Shown here piece by piece: positions 17,416-26,704 of a stretch of 64,000 nucleotides of DNA. Below the pieces are notes generated by a model. The model had not been told where the DNA came from. It searched no databases and saw only the letters and a program-made list of their open reading frames with translations. Source of the DNA: an uncultured Candidatus Rokubacteria bacterium (GTDB lineage: Bacteria > Methylomirabilota > Methylomirabilia > Rokubacteriales > DASRDR01); assembly GCA_963826115.1 (NCBI GenBank), contig CAWGVS010000006.1, forward strand, positions 288,001-352,000, written 5' to 3'. The translations under genes were made by a program, and so were the position numbers. Numbering within the stretch: position 1 is the first letter of the stretch; every line of letters begins with the position of its first letter.

Positions 17416-17858
17416 CCCGCGAGCGGGGCCGAGCGGTGGAGCCGCATCGGCCGGAGCGTGCGCAGCTTGTCTCGCTGCTCCGGAGTGAGCACGCGCGCGA
17501 CCTCCTGGAGGGTGCGCGCCCGCGCCTCGAGGACCTGGCCGGACAGGTCCCGGACCTCGGCGGCCTTCGTGGCGAAGGTGGCCTCGTCCGTGTCGGCCAG
17601 GACCAGCTCGCGCAGCGCGCGCCGCGCCTCGCGGAGGGCACGCACCGTCTCGCGCATCGACTGCCAGTTGCGGGCGCGGATCTCCTTGATCGACTTGACC
17701 TGATCCTCGGTCAAGCCGAGCTCCTCGCGGAGCGCCGAGCGCTCGATCGGCGTCACCCGGCGCGCGACCTGGGCCTCGGCCGGCATCGTCCCGCTGACCA
17801 GGATGACCAGACCGCTCAGGACTCCCGCGACCGGCCACTTCGTGGAGAGCTTCGCCAT
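17412..17858 (-). CDS. Spy/CpxP-family periplasmic chaperone-like protein
   Basis: SD GAGG; signal peptide ending AEA; LTxxQ repeats 'LGLTEDQ' and 'VLTPEQR'. Confidence 0.8.
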   Translation of the reverse strand: MAKLSTKWPVAGVLSGLVILVSGTMPAEAQVARRVTPIERSALREELGLTEDQVKSIKEIRARNWQSMRETVRALREARRALRELVLADTDEATFATKAAEVRDLSGQVLEARARTLQEVARVLTPEQRDKLRTLRPMRLHRSAPLAG

Positions 17859-17915
17859 GATCTCATCCTCCCCGAGCGGGGCTGGCCCGCTCCGTCCGTT
17901 GGCATCGTTGCCGGG

Positions 17916-17946
17916 TTGGACGGAGGGCGACGGCCCGGCGTTCAAC
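17916..17946 (-). promoter_or_regulatory. Candidate ECF-sigma promoter GTTGAAC-17-CGTCCAA
   Basis: GAAC/CGTC geometry typical of ECF promoters, upstream of a Spy/CpxP gene; similar motif at 19236-19266. Confidence 0.45.
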
Positions 17947-17971
17947 CCCCCGGGGGGCTGCGGAACCTTCC

Positions 17972-18652
17972 TTACGGGGGCAGGGAGGCCCCGGCCGGGA
18001 CCCACGCGGGGGGCTCCCCGCGGCGGAACACCTTGACCCGGGCCGTCCCGCGGACCCGGCGGACCCCGTCCTCGACCCTGACCATCGCGCCCTCCTCGAT
18101 CCCGACGACCGGGTTGTCCCGGACCACGTGATACTCCGCGATCCGCTGGTCTCGGGTCTCGCTGCCGGGCGCCATCGCGGGGTCCGTCTCGAGGTAGTGC
18201 GGATTCACGTTGAACGGGACCAGACCGAGCGCCTCGAAGGCCGTCAGCCCCACCACGTTCCAGTCGTTCGTCGTGAGGATGTTGGGTCCGGCGACGTTCG
18301 AGCCCGCGCTCGTGCCCATGTACGGGAGCCCCGCGCGGACGCGCTCCCGGATCGGGTCGAGGAGGCCGGCCTGGCGCAGGCGCCGGAGGAGCGCGTACGT
18401 GTTCCCGCCGCCGACGAAGAGCGCCTCGATGCGGGCGAGCGCCGGGAAGGGGTCGTGGTCCCACCGCACGTGCTCGACGACGAGGTCCGGCGCGAGCGCG
18501 TCGCGGGCGGTCTCGTAGTAGGCCTGCTCGTCGCCGAGCGACGCCGCCGTGACGAACCCCAGGCGCCGCACCGCGCCCAGAAAGTCGAGGACCTCTGCCC
18601 GCGCGTGGGCGAGATAAGGCCGGCCCGTGTTGCTCAGCAGCAAGACACGCAC
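17972..18652 (-). CDS. pepE: Dipeptidase E (peptidase S51)
   Basis: 'LLLSN', 'FVGGGNTYALL', nucleophile 'GTSAGSN', 'PFNVNPHY', 'ETRDQRIAEY', 'GIEEG'; GTG 18652 follows extended -10 TGcTACGCT. Confidence 0.88.
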   Translation of the reverse strand: MRVLLLSNTGRPYLAHARAEVLDFLGAVRRLGFVTAASLGDEQAYYETARDALAPDLVVEHVRWDHDPFPALARIEALFVGGGNTYALLRRLRQAGLLDPIRERVRAGLPYMGTSAGSNVAGPNILTTNDWNVVGLTAFEALGLVPFNVNPHYLETDPAMAPGSETRDQRIAEYHVVRDNPVVGIEEGAMVRVEDGVRRVRGTARVKVFRRGEPPAWVPAGASLPP

Positions 18653-18695
18653 GCGCGCGAGCGTAGCATGGGAGCGCATCCTGCGATCCCGCGCC

Positions 18696-18724
18696 TTGAC
18701 GCGCTCGCGGGGCGTCGGTAGGGT
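18696..18724 (+). promoter_or_regulatory. sigma70-like promoter TTGACG-17-TAGGGT
   Basis: Correct spacing upstream of the 18790 gene. Confidence 0.5.
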
Positions 18725-18789
18725 GACCCGCGTTCTCGCGGTACCGGCCACGCACGACGGCGCCGCCCGAGCGCGGCGAGGAGGGCACG

Positions 18790-19203
18790 ATGGCGGTGAA
18801 CATCCGGCGGGTTCAGTACTTCTACGTGATGGCAGCCGATACGCCTGGCGAGGGCGCCCGGGCCCTCCGCGCGCTGAAGGAGGCAGGGGTCAACCTGCTG
18901 GCCTTCTCCGGCTTCCCGGCGGGCAAGCGCGCCCAGCTCGACTTCGTCCCGGAGGATCCCGCGGCCTTCCGGGCGGTCGCGCGGAAAGCCAAGTGGAAGG
19001 TGACCGGCCCCAAGATGGGCTTCCTGATCGAGGGCGACGACCGGACTGGCGTGATGGCGGACATCTACGACCAGCTGGCCGCCGCCCGGATCAACATCAC
19101 GGCCAGCGACGCCGTGTGCGCCGGCGCGGGCCGCTTCGGGGCCATCCTGTGGGTCAAGGCGCGCGACGTCAGCCGGACGGCCAAGGCGCTGGGCGCCTCC
19201 TGA
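18790..19203 (+). CDS. Tandem ACT-domain-like protein
   Basis: SD GGAGG; two ACT-like units 'DTPGEGARALRALKEAGVNL' and 'DRTGVMADIYDQLAAARINI'. Confidence 0.7.
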   Translation: MAVNIRRVQYFYVMAADTPGEGARALRALKEAGVNLLAFSGFPAGKRAQLDFVPEDPAAFRAVARKAKWKVTGPKMGFLIEGDDRTGVMADIYDQLAAARINITASDAVCAGAGRFGAILWVKARDVSRTAKALGAS

Positions 19204-19235
19204 CTGTCAACCATGTGACGCTTGCCAGCTCGGGG

Positions 19236-19266
19236 GTCGAATAGGCCCCCGGGGGGTGGCGTCGAA
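19236..19266 (+). promoter_or_regulatory. Candidate ECF-sigma promoter GTCGAAT-17-CGTCGAA
   Basis: Same geometry as 17916-17946; 24 nt before the ATG of a secreted protein. Confidence 0.4.
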
Positions 19267-19290
19267 GTGGGCAACAGGAGGAGGACGACG

Positions 19291-19644
19291 ATGAAGCGCG
19301 CGAACAAGGTCATCGCAGCGGTGCTGATCGCAGGGGTCCTGGGGATGTTCCTGGTCCTGCCGCCGGCGGCCGAGGCGGGAGGCCGCCACTGGAACCACGG
19401 CCACTATCACCACTCCGGGGTGAACCCCTTCTGGGGCGGCCTCGCGGTGGGCGCGGTGACCGGGCTCGTCGTGGGGAGCGTCATTGCGGCGCCGCGCGTC
19501 TACGCCGCGCCTCCGCCCGTGGTCTACCAGCCGGCGCCCGTGGTGGTGATGCAGCCGGTGCCGGTGTGCTCGAACTACTGGGTGAACACCTACTGGAACG
19601 GTTACCAGTGGGTGCCGGGGTACTGGGCGCAGGCCTGCCGGTAG
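19291..19644 (+). CDS. Small secreted Gly/His/Pro/Trp-rich protein
   Basis: SD AGGAGG; signal peptide ending AEA; glycine-zipper 'GGLAVGAVTGLVVG'; PPPVVYQPAP; 'WVNTYWNGYQWVPGYW'. Confidence 0.75.
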   Translation: MKRANKVIAAVLIAGVLGMFLVLPPAAEAGGRHWNHGHYHHSGVNPFWGGLAVGAVTGLVVGSVIAAPRVYAAPPPVVYQPAPVVVMQPVPVCSNYWVNTYWNGYQWVPGYWAQACR

Positions 19645-19664
19645 CACGTCTCGACCGCGCTTCC

Positions 19665-19706
19665 ACGCCGGGCCCGGGCGACGACCCCCGGGCCCGGTGT
19701 CTTTTT
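19665..19706 (+). terminator. Rho-independent terminator
   Basis: 14-bp GC stem ACGCCGGGCCCGGG/CCCGGGCCCGGTGT followed by CTTTTT. Confidence 0.75.
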
Positions 19707-19744
19707 GCGGGACGGCGGGCCCGCGCTCCCGGTAGGCTGATTTG

Positions 19745-20776
19745 GTGACCCCGATGCTCCCCGGTCGCCTCGCCCTGGCCGCGTCGCCCACGCCCATCCA
19801 GCCACTGCCGCGCCTGAGCGACGCGCTCGGGCTCGAGCTCTCCGTCAAGCGGGACGACCTCACCGGGTTCGCGGAGAGCGGGAACAAGATCCGGAAGCTC
19901 GAGTTCCTCGCGCACGACGCGCTCCAGCAGGGCGCGGACACGTTGATCACCGTCGGCGCGCTCCAGTCGAACTGCGCGCGGGCCACCGCCGTCGTCGCGG
20001 CGCGGCTCGGGCTCGGCTGCGTGCTGGGGCTCCGGGGCGCGGCGCCGGAGGCGCCGGACGGCAACCTGCTCCTGGCCGAGCTCTGCGGCGCGCGCCCGGT
20101 CTTCGTCGCGCCCGAGGCGGTCGACAGCCCCGACGCGCTCTTCGCACGGCTCTCCGACGACGTGCGCCGGGAGGGCGGCCGCCCGTACGTCATCCCGGAA
20201 TCGGGCTCGAACGACCTCGGGGCGTTCGGATACGCGGCGGCGGTCGAGGAGCTCCAGGCCCAGATCGCCGACGGCCGGCTGGCCCCGCCGGACGCGATCG
20301 TGGTCGCGGCCTGGAGCGGCGGCACCCTGGCGGGCCTCTACCTCGGCAAGGCGCTGTTCGGCCTCCGCGCGGAGATCTGGGGCGTGCCGGTCCAGTTCGA
20401 CGCCGAGACCATCCGGGCCTCCGTGTGGGCGACCGTGCGAAAGGCGGCCGCGCGCATCGGGGCGGAGGTCCACGTCGAGCGGACCGCGATCCGGCTCCTC
20501 GACGGCTACCAGGGCGACGGGCGCGCGGGGGTGCGGCCGGAGGAGCTCCAGGCGGTGGCCCGCGCGGCGCGCCACGGCCTCCTGCTGGATCCGGTATACA
20601 CGGCCAAGGCGTTCCTCGCGCTCGAGGACACGGCGCGCCGCGCGCCCGGCCTCCTCGGACGGCGCGTCCTCTTCGTTCACACCGGCGGCGGCTTCGGAGT
20701 CTTCCCGTTCCGGGCGGCGCTCGCGGAGCTCCTGGATTCGGCGGTGGCAGGCCGCCCGGAGGGACATGCGTCGTGA
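19745..20776 (+). CDS. PLP-dependent D-cysteine desulfhydrase / cysteate sulfo-lyase (DcyD/CuyA) family
   Basis: 'VKRDDLTG..SGNKIRKLEF', 'QSNCARATA', 'LLDPVYTAK', 'HTGG' (Thr/Thr, not the Glu/Leu of ACC deaminase). Confidence 0.82.
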   Translation: MTPMLPGRLALAASPTPIQPLPRLSDALGLELSVKRDDLTGFAESGNKIRKLEFLAHDALQQGADTLITVGALQSNCARATAVVAARLGLGCVLGLRGAAPEAPDGNLLLAELCGARPVFVAPEAVDSPDALFARLSDDVRREGGRPYVIPESGSNDLGAFGYAAAVEELQAQIADGRLAPPDAIVVAAWSGGTLAGLYLGKALFGLRAEIWGVPVQFDAETIRASVWATVRKAAARIGAEVHVERTAIRLLDGYQGDGRAGVRPEELQAVARAARHGLLLDPVYTAKAFLALEDTARRAPGLLGRRVLFVHTGGGFGVFPFRAALAELLDSAVAGRPEGHAS

Positions 20777-21822
20777 CGGGTGAGCCACGGGTTCCGGCGG
20801 CCGAACTGCAGGAGTTCACGAAGGGCGTCTTCGTCGCCGCCGGGGTGCCGTCGGAGGACGCGGCCCTCGAAGCCGAGGTCCTCGTGTGGGCGAACCTCCG
20901 TGGCGTCGATTCCCACGGGGTGCTCCGCATCCCGTGGTACCTGGAGCTGATCGACCGGGGGGACATGAACCCGCGGCCGAACATCCGGGTCGAGCGCGAG
21001 ACGCCGGCGACGGTGCTGATCGACGGCGACCACGCGCTCGGTCCCGTGGTCACCACCATGGCGATGCGCCGCGCGATCGAGAAGGCCCGCGCCGTCGGCA
21101 TCGGCTGGGCGGTGATCCGGAACACGACGCACCAGGGCGCGATGGCGTACTACGCTCTCATGGCGGCGGAGGCCGGCATGGCCGGGCTCGCCATCGTCTG
21201 CAGCCCGCCGAACATGGCGCCGTTCGGCGCGCGGGTCGCCGGTCTCCACAACAGCCCGATCTCGATTGCGGTGCCCGCGGGCCGGCACCGCCCGCTCTGT
21301 CTCGACATGGCCACCAGCGTGGCCGCGGGCGGCAAGCTCAGCCTGGCGAAGGACAAGGGGATCCCGCTGCCGCCCGGGTGGGCGCTCGACGAGACCGGGG
21401 CGCCGACGACCGACGCGGACCGCGCGAAGATCCTGCTGCCGTTCGGCGGCTACAAGGGCTCGGGGCTCGCCATGATGTTCGAGACGCTCACGAGCCTCAT
21501 GGTCGGCAACCCGCTCGTGGGACCCTTTCTGTCCCGCGAGGCCGGCGCGAGCCGACACCGCCAGAACAGCGTGGTGGCGGCGATCGACATCGGCGCCTTC
21601 ACCGACCTCGCCGCCTACCGCACGGAGGTGGACCGGCTGATCGACGGGCTCCGGACGCTGCCGCGCGCGGACGGCTCGTCGGAGGTCCTGGTCCCGGGCG
21701 AGCCGGAAGACCGCACGACCGCCGAGCGGCGCCATCACGGGATCCCGCTCCCGCCGGGGACCGTCGAGAACCTCCGTGCCGCCGCCGCGCGCTTCCGGGT
21801 GCCGCTGCCCCCGGGCGTCTGA
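20773..21822 (+). CDS. Ldh_2 family oxidoreductase (malate/L-lactate/sulfolactate/ureidoglycolate dehydrogenase)
   Basis: 'ANLRGVDSHG', 'NTTHQG', 'LDMATS', 'PFGGYKGSGL', 'VLVPGEPE'; GTGA overlap. Confidence 0.88.
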   Translation: MTGEPRVPAAELQEFTKGVFVAAGVPSEDAALEAEVLVWANLRGVDSHGVLRIPWYLELIDRGDMNPRPNIRVERETPATVLIDGDHALGPVVTTMAMRRAIEKARAVGIGWAVIRNTTHQGAMAYYALMAAEAGMAGLAIVCSPPNMAPFGARVAGLHNSPISIAVPAGRHRPLCLDMATSVAAGGKLSLAKDKGIPLPPGWALDETGAPTTDADRAKILLPFGGYKGSGLAMMFETLTSLMVGNPLVGPFLSREAGASRHRQNSVVAAIDIGAFTDLAAYRTEVDRLIDGLRTLPRADGSSEVLVPGEPEDRTTAERRHHGIPLPPGTVENLRAAAARFRVPLPPGV

Positions 21823-21867
21823 GCCGCGCCGCGGGTTCGAGCCCGAGACGCGGGCGCCGGGGTCGGC

Positions 21868-21896
21868 TTGGCGCTCGTCGAGTCAAGGGGTACACT
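21868..21896 (+). promoter_or_regulatory. sigma70-like promoter TTGGCG-17-TACACT
   Basis: 8 nt before GTG 21905. Confidence 0.55.
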
Positions 21897-21904
21897 CCGG
21901 CCTC

Positions 21905-22228
21905 GTGGAACCGTTCGCCGAGATCTCGCCCTCCGAGCTGAAGCGCCGGGTCGACGCCGGCGAGCGCATCGCGATCCTGGACGTCCGCGAGCCGTGGGAG
22001 CGCGAGATCTGCTCGATCGCCGGGTCCACGCTGATCCCGATGGACGAGCTGCCCCGTCGGGTCGGCGAGCTCGACCGGGCGCGGGAGATCGTCGTCCACT
22101 GCCACCACGGCCAGCGCTCCGCCGCCGTCGTCGGGTGGCTTCGCCGCCAGGGCATCCCCGCCGTGAACCTCGGGGGCGGGATCGACGCCTGGTCCGTCGA
22201 GGTCGACCCGGCGGTGGGCCGCTACTAG
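21905..22228 (+). CDS. Single-domain rhodanese (MoeZ/Uba4 C-terminal type)
   Basis: 'ILDVREPWE', active loop 'CHHGQRS', 'NLGGGIDAWS.EVDP..RY'. Confidence 0.85.
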   Translation: MEPFAEISPSELKRRVDAGERIAILDVREPWEREICSIAGSTLIPMDELPRRVGELDRAREIVVHCHHGQRSAAVVGWLRRQGIPAVNLGGGIDAWSVEVDPAVGRY

Positions 22229-22234
22229 CCCCGC

Positions 22235-22978
22235 GTGTCTGAGCTCCGCGTCACCCGCGACGGAGGCGTCGCGCGCCTCACGCTGGATCGCTCGCCCCTC
22301 AACGTCCTCACGCCGGTCCTCATCGACGCGCTGGGCGCCACCCTCCGGGAGCTCGGCGCCGACCCGACCCTCCGCGTCCTCGTGCTGGCGGGCGCCGGCC
22401 GCGCGTTCTCGGCGGGCGTGGACGTGGCCGCGATGCGCGACCTCGACGCCGCGGGTGCCCGGGCCCTGATCGGCCGGCTCCGGGCGACGGTGCGGGCCCT
22501 CGAGGAGGTTCCGGTCCCCACCATCGCCCGGCTCCACGGTCACGTGCTCGGCGGCGCGCTCGAGCTCACGCTCGGCTGCGACCTCCGGCTCGCCGCCGCC
22601 TCGTGCCGCCTCGGCATGCCCGAGATCACGGTGGGCATCCCGTCGGTCATCCAGGCGGCGCTCCTGCCCGGGCTGGTCGGCTGGGGGCGCACGGCCGAGC
22701 TCCTGCTCGGCGGCCGGCCCATCGACGCCCGGGAAGCCGAGCGCTGGGGTCTCGTCAATCACGCGGTGGAGGACGACGCTCTCGACCGGGAGGTGGAGGG
22801 CTGGGTCGAGCGATTCCTCGCGCTGCCGCCCGACGCGCTCCGGCTCCAGAAGGCGCTGCTCGCGCGCTGGCGGCGCGTGGACCTGGACACGGCCGTCGCC
22901 CTCTCGATGGACGTCTTCGCGCGCGCGTACGCCACCGGGGAGCCCCGGCGCGCGATGCAGGCCTTTCTCGAGCGCTGA
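22235..22978 (+). CDS. Enoyl-CoA hydratase/isomerase
   Basis: 'AFSAGVD', 'GGALELTLGCD', 'GMPEITVGIP' (both catalytic Glu present). Confidence 0.88.
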   Translation: MSELRVTRDGGVARLTLDRSPLNVLTPVLIDALGATLRELGADPTLRVLVLAGAGRAFSAGVDVAAMRDLDAAGARALIGRLRATVRALEEVPVPTIARLHGHVLGGALELTLGCDLRLAAASCRLGMPEITVGIPSVIQAALLPGLVGWGRTAELLLGGRPIDAREAERWGLVNHAVEDDALDREVEGWVERFLALPPDALRLQKALLARWRRVDLDTAVALSMDVFARAYATGEPRRAMQAFLER

Positions 22979-22980
22979 GC

Positions 22981-24177
22981 GTGGATGCGCGTCCCCCGCT
23001 CGCCGTCCTGTCGGGGGTCCGCGTGCTGAGCTTCACGCAGTTCCTCCTCGGCCCGTCCGGCGTCCAGTTCATCGCGGATTTGGGCGCCGACGTGATCAAG
23101 ATCGAGCCCCCGGGCGGGACGCTCTGGGAGCGCAACTGGGCCGGCTGCGATCTCTACCTGAACGGCGTCAGCACCTTCTTCCTCTCTACGCACCGGAACC
23201 AGCGGAGCCTCACGCTGGATCTCAAGCACCCCGAGGGCTTCGCGATCGCGCGCCGCCTGGTCGAGCAGGCCGACGTGCTCGTGCAGAACTTCCGGCCGGG
23301 CGTGATGGACCGTCTCGGTCTCGGATGGGAGACGGTGCGCGCCTGGAATCCCCGGCTCGTCTACGTCTCCGCGTCCGGATACGGAGAATCGAGCCCGTAC
23401 CGGGACCGCCCCGGGCAGGACCTCCTCCTCCAGGCGCTCTCGGGGCTCGCCAGCATCTCCGGCCGCGCCGGCCAGCCGCCGACCCCCGTCGGCACCGCTG
23501 TCGTCGACCAGCACGGCGCGACCCTCCTGGCGATGGGGGTCCTGGCCGCGCTGCTCGAGCGGGGGCGCACGGGTCAGGGCGTGCACGTCGAGGTGAGCAT
23601 GCTACGGGCGGCGTTCGACCTCCAGCTCGAGATCGTCACGTACTTCCTGAACGGCGCCCGGCTCGCGAAAAGCCCGACCAGCCTGGCGAGCATGTTCCAC
23701 CCCGGCCCCTACGGCTGCTACGAGACGCGGGACGGCTGGCTCGTGCTGTCGATGTCGCCGCTCAAGGTGCTCCAGGAGGCGCTGGACCTGCCCGCGCTCG
23801 CGCCGTACGCGACGGTCCCGTACAACTTCAAGGCGCGCGAGGAGATCGCGCGCCTGCTCGAGCCCGTGATGCGGACCCGCTCGACCGGGGAGTGGATCGA
23901 CTTCCTGGTGCCGCGCGGGGTCTGGGTGGCCCCGATCCGCACCCACGAGGAGGCCTTCGCCGACCCTGCCGTCCAGGCGGCGGACGCGATCGAGGAGATC
24001 GACCACCCCGTGGCCGGCCGTGTGCGGCTGCTCCGCTTCCCCGTGGAGCTCTCGTCCGGTCGCGCGACGGTCCGCCGGCCGCCGCCCATGCCGGGCGAGC
24101 ACGCCGAGGAGATCCTGCGGGAGCTCGGCTACCCGGACGCGGAGGCGCGGCGCCTCCGGGAGCAGCGGGTCATCTGA
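22981..24177 (+). CDS. Class III CoA-transferase (CaiB/BaiF)
   Basis: 'LGADVIKIEPP', 'RNQRSLTLDLK', 'QNFRPGVMDRLGLG', 'RPGQDLLLQA'. Confidence 0.9.
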   Translation: MDARPPLAVLSGVRVLSFTQFLLGPSGVQFIADLGADVIKIEPPGGTLWERNWAGCDLYLNGVSTFFLSTHRNQRSLTLDLKHPEGFAIARRLVEQADVLVQNFRPGVMDRLGLGWETVRAWNPRLVYVSASGYGESSPYRDRPGQDLLLQALSGLASISGRAGQPPTPVGTAVVDQHGATLLAMGVLAALLERGRTGQGVHVEVSMLRAAFDLQLEIVTYFLNGARLAKSPTSLASMFHPGPYGCYETRDGWLVLSMSPLKVLQEALDLPALAPYATVPYNFKAREEIARLLEPVMRTRSTGEWIDFLVPRGVWVAPIRTHEEAFADPAVQAADAIEEIDHPVAGRVRLLRFPVELSSGRATVRRPPPMPGEHAEEILRELGYPDAEARRLREQRVI

Positions 24178-24190
24178 CGGACGGGCAGGG

Positions 24191-24973
24191 ATGAGCGTGC
24201 CGGGCCCGCCCGCGGCTCCGCGAACGGCGCTGATCACTGGCGCAGGGTCGGGTATCGGCCGGGCGATCGCGCTTCGCCTGGCCCGGGATGGCTGGGCGGT
24301 CGCGGTGAACGACGTCGAGCCGGGGCGCGCCGCGCAGGTGACGCGGGAAGTGGATGCGGCGGGTGGCCGCGGCGTCGCGGTGGTCGCCGACGTCGGGGAC
24401 CGCCCGGCGGTCCGGCGCATGGTGGCCGAGACGCTCGCGGCGCTCGGCGCGGTCGACCTCCTGGTGAACAACGCGGGCCTGTGCCGGCTCGGCGCGATCG
24501 CCGAGTTCCCGGAGGCCGACTGGCACGCCACCTTCCGCGTCAACGTGGACGGCGTCTTCTTCTGCTGCCAGGCGGTGCTCCCGCACATGCTCGCGCGCGG
24601 GCGGGGGAACATCGTCAACCTGGCGTCGTGGAGCGGCAAGGCGGGCGCGCCGTTCTTCGGGGCCTACTGCGCCTCGAAGTTCGCGGTGATCGGCCTCACG
24701 CAGTCCCTCGCGAAGGAGGTCGCCGGGCAGGGGATTCGCGTCAACGCGGTCTGCCCGGGCATCGTCGCCGGCACCGACATGCGGGCCCAGGTCGACGCGG
24801 AATCCCGCGCCCTCGGCCGTCCGACCTCGACCGATCGCGTGAGCTGGATCCCGCTGGGCCGGCTGGGCGAGGCGGAGGACGTCGCCGGCGTGGTCGCGTT
24901 CCTCGTCTCCGACGACGCGCGCTACATGACCGGCCAGGCCATCAACGTCACCGGCGGGCTCTGGATGCACTGA
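24191..24973 (+). CDS. Short-chain dehydrogenase/reductase
   Basis: 'TGAGSGIG', 'VNNAG', YxxxK 'YCASK', 'VNAVCPG'. Confidence 0.9.
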   Translation: MSVPGPPAAPRTALITGAGSGIGRAIALRLARDGWAVAVNDVEPGRAAQVTREVDAAGGRGVAVVADVGDRPAVRRMVAETLAALGAVDLLVNNAGLCRLGAIAEFPEADWHATFRVNVDGVFFCCQAVLPHMLARGRGNIVNLASWSGKAGAPFFGAYCASKFAVIGLTQSLAKEVAGQGIRVNAVCPGIVAGTDMRAQVDAESRALGRPTSTDRVSWIPLGRLGEAEDVAGVVAFLVSDDARYMTGQAINVTGGLWMH

Positions 24974-25070
24974 CCACGGTCGCGCCCGGATCCGGACAGC
25001 TTGCGCCGCTATCCGGACCTATTGCAGAATCGGCGCGCGCGCCAGGTTCCAGGCGCCCACGGGAGGGCGG

Positions 25071-26666
25071 ATGACCCGTCCCAGTCGCCGTCAGGTTCTC
25101 CGAGGCGCGGCCGCGACGGCCGCCGCCGCGACGCTCGGCGCGCCGGCCGTCCACGCCCAGAAGGGCCGTCGGACGTTGCGGTTCGTGGCGCAGGCGGACC
25201 TGAAGATCCTGGATCCCATCTGGACGACCGCCTACATCACGCGCAACCACGGATACCTCGTATACGACACCCTCTTCGGCACCGACGAGCAACTCCAGAT
25301 CAGGCCGCAGATGGTCGATCGCGTCAGCGTGTCACCGGACGGGATGAAGTACACGTTCACGCTCCGTGGGGGTCTCCGGTGGCACGATGGGCAGCCCGTG
25401 CGGTCGGAAGACTGCGTGGAGTCCGTCAAGCGCTGGGGCAAGAGGGATCGCTTCGGCCGGCTCCTCATGGCGCACACGGGGAAGATCCTCCCCGTCGATC
25501 AGAAGACGTTCAGGCTCGAGCTGGCCGAGCCTTTCGGACCGGTGCTGGAGGCGCTGGGCAAGCCGTCGAACAACGTGCCCTTCATGATGCCGGCGCGGAT
25601 TGCGGCCACCTCGGCGGACGAGCAGATCAAGGAGGTCGTGGGCTCCGGGCCGTTCAGGTTCGCGAGGGACGAATGGCAGCCGGGCAAGCAGGTCGTGTAC
25701 CTGCGGAACCCTGACTACGTCCCGCGCGACGAGGAGCCGAGCGGCTCGACGGGCGGCAAGAAGGCGTACCTGGACAAGGTCATCTGGCGATACATCCCCG
25801 ATCCCGCGACCGCGGCGGATGCTCTCGCGCGTGGCGACGTCGACTGGTATGAGCAGCCCCCCCTCGACTTCATCCCGAAGATCGAGCAGAACCCCGCCCT
25901 GCGGACGTTCCTGGTCGATCCCCTCGGGATGCAGGGCTGGCTGCGGCCGAACTTCCTCCACCCGCCGTTCAACAACAAGAAGGCGCGCCAGGCACTGCTC
26001 CACATGATGGATCAGGTGACGTATCTGGCCTGGGCTCACGGACAGTCGAAGTACTACCGGTCCTGCTATTCGGTCTTCGCCTGCGGCAGCCCCTACGTGA
26101 CGCAGGCTGGCGCTGGGCCGATGATGACGCACGACCTCGACCGGGCGAGGCAGCTCGTGAAGGAGTCGGGTTACGACGGCCGGCCGGTCGTGGTGATCCA
26201 CGTCACCGACGTCTCGTTCATCAACGCGGCGACGATCGTCACGCGCCAGCGGCTCGAGTCCATCGGTTTCAACGTGGTCCTCAGACGGATGGACTGGTCA
26301 TCGCACCTCGCCGTGCGCGCCAACAAGGAGCCGCCCGATAAGGGCGGCTGGAACATCGTGCATACCTGGTGGGCGGCGGCCGACGTGTTCAGCCCCGTTG
26401 TCCACTTCGGCCTCTCGGGGGCGGGTCCGGGCGCGTGGTTCGGGTGGCCCGACGTTCCCCCGCTCGAAAAGCTCCTGACCGACTGGATGCGCACGACCGA
26501 TCAGGGACGCCGCCGGCAGCTCGCCGAGGAAATCCAGAAGGTCGCGCTCGACGAGGTGATGTACGTGCCGTGGGGCGAGTGGTTCCAGCCGACGGCCTTC
26601 CGCAAGGAGGTCCAGGGCCTCCTCAGGTTCACCGCGCCGGTCTTCTGGAACGTGAGAATCGCCTAG
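25071..26666 (+). CDS. ABC transporter substrate-binding protein, family 5 (peptide/nickel), Tat-exported
   Basis: Tat 'SRRQVL'; 'LDPIWTTAYITRNHG', 'FTLR.GLRWHDG', 'GSGPFRF'. Confidence 0.9.
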   Translation: MTRPSRRQVLRGAAATAAAATLGAPAVHAQKGRRTLRFVAQADLKILDPIWTTAYITRNHGYLVYDTLFGTDEQLQIRPQMVDRVSVSPDGMKYTFTLRGGLRWHDGQPVRSEDCVESVKRWGKRDRFGRLLMAHTGKILPVDQKTFRLELAEPFGPVLEALGKPSNNVPFMMPARIAATSADEQIKEVVGSGPFRFARDEWQPGKQVVYLRNPDYVPRDEEPSGSTGGKKAYLDKVIWRYIPDPATAADALARGDVDWYEQPPLDFIPKIEQNPALRTFLVDPLGMQGWLRPNFLHPPFNNKKARQALLHMMDQVTYLAWAHGQSKYYRSCYSVFACGSPYVTQAGAGPMMTHDLDRARQLVKESGYDGRPVVVIHVTDVSFINAATIVTRQRLESIGFNVVLRRMDWSSHLAVRANKEPPDKGGWNIVHTWWAAADVFSPVVHFGLSGAGPGAWFGWPDVPPLEKLLTDWMRTTDQGRRRQLAEEIQKVALDEVMYVPWGEWFQPTAFRKEVQGLLRFTAPVFWNVRIA

Positions 26667-26704
26667 GACGAGCCTGAGCGTCTTTCGTCGCCCGGGTACC
26701 CCCG

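Noticed and set aside
19745-20776. ACC deaminase
   Set aside because: It has DPVYT and HTGG instead of the ACC-deaminase-specific Glu (DPVYE) and Leu (HLGG).
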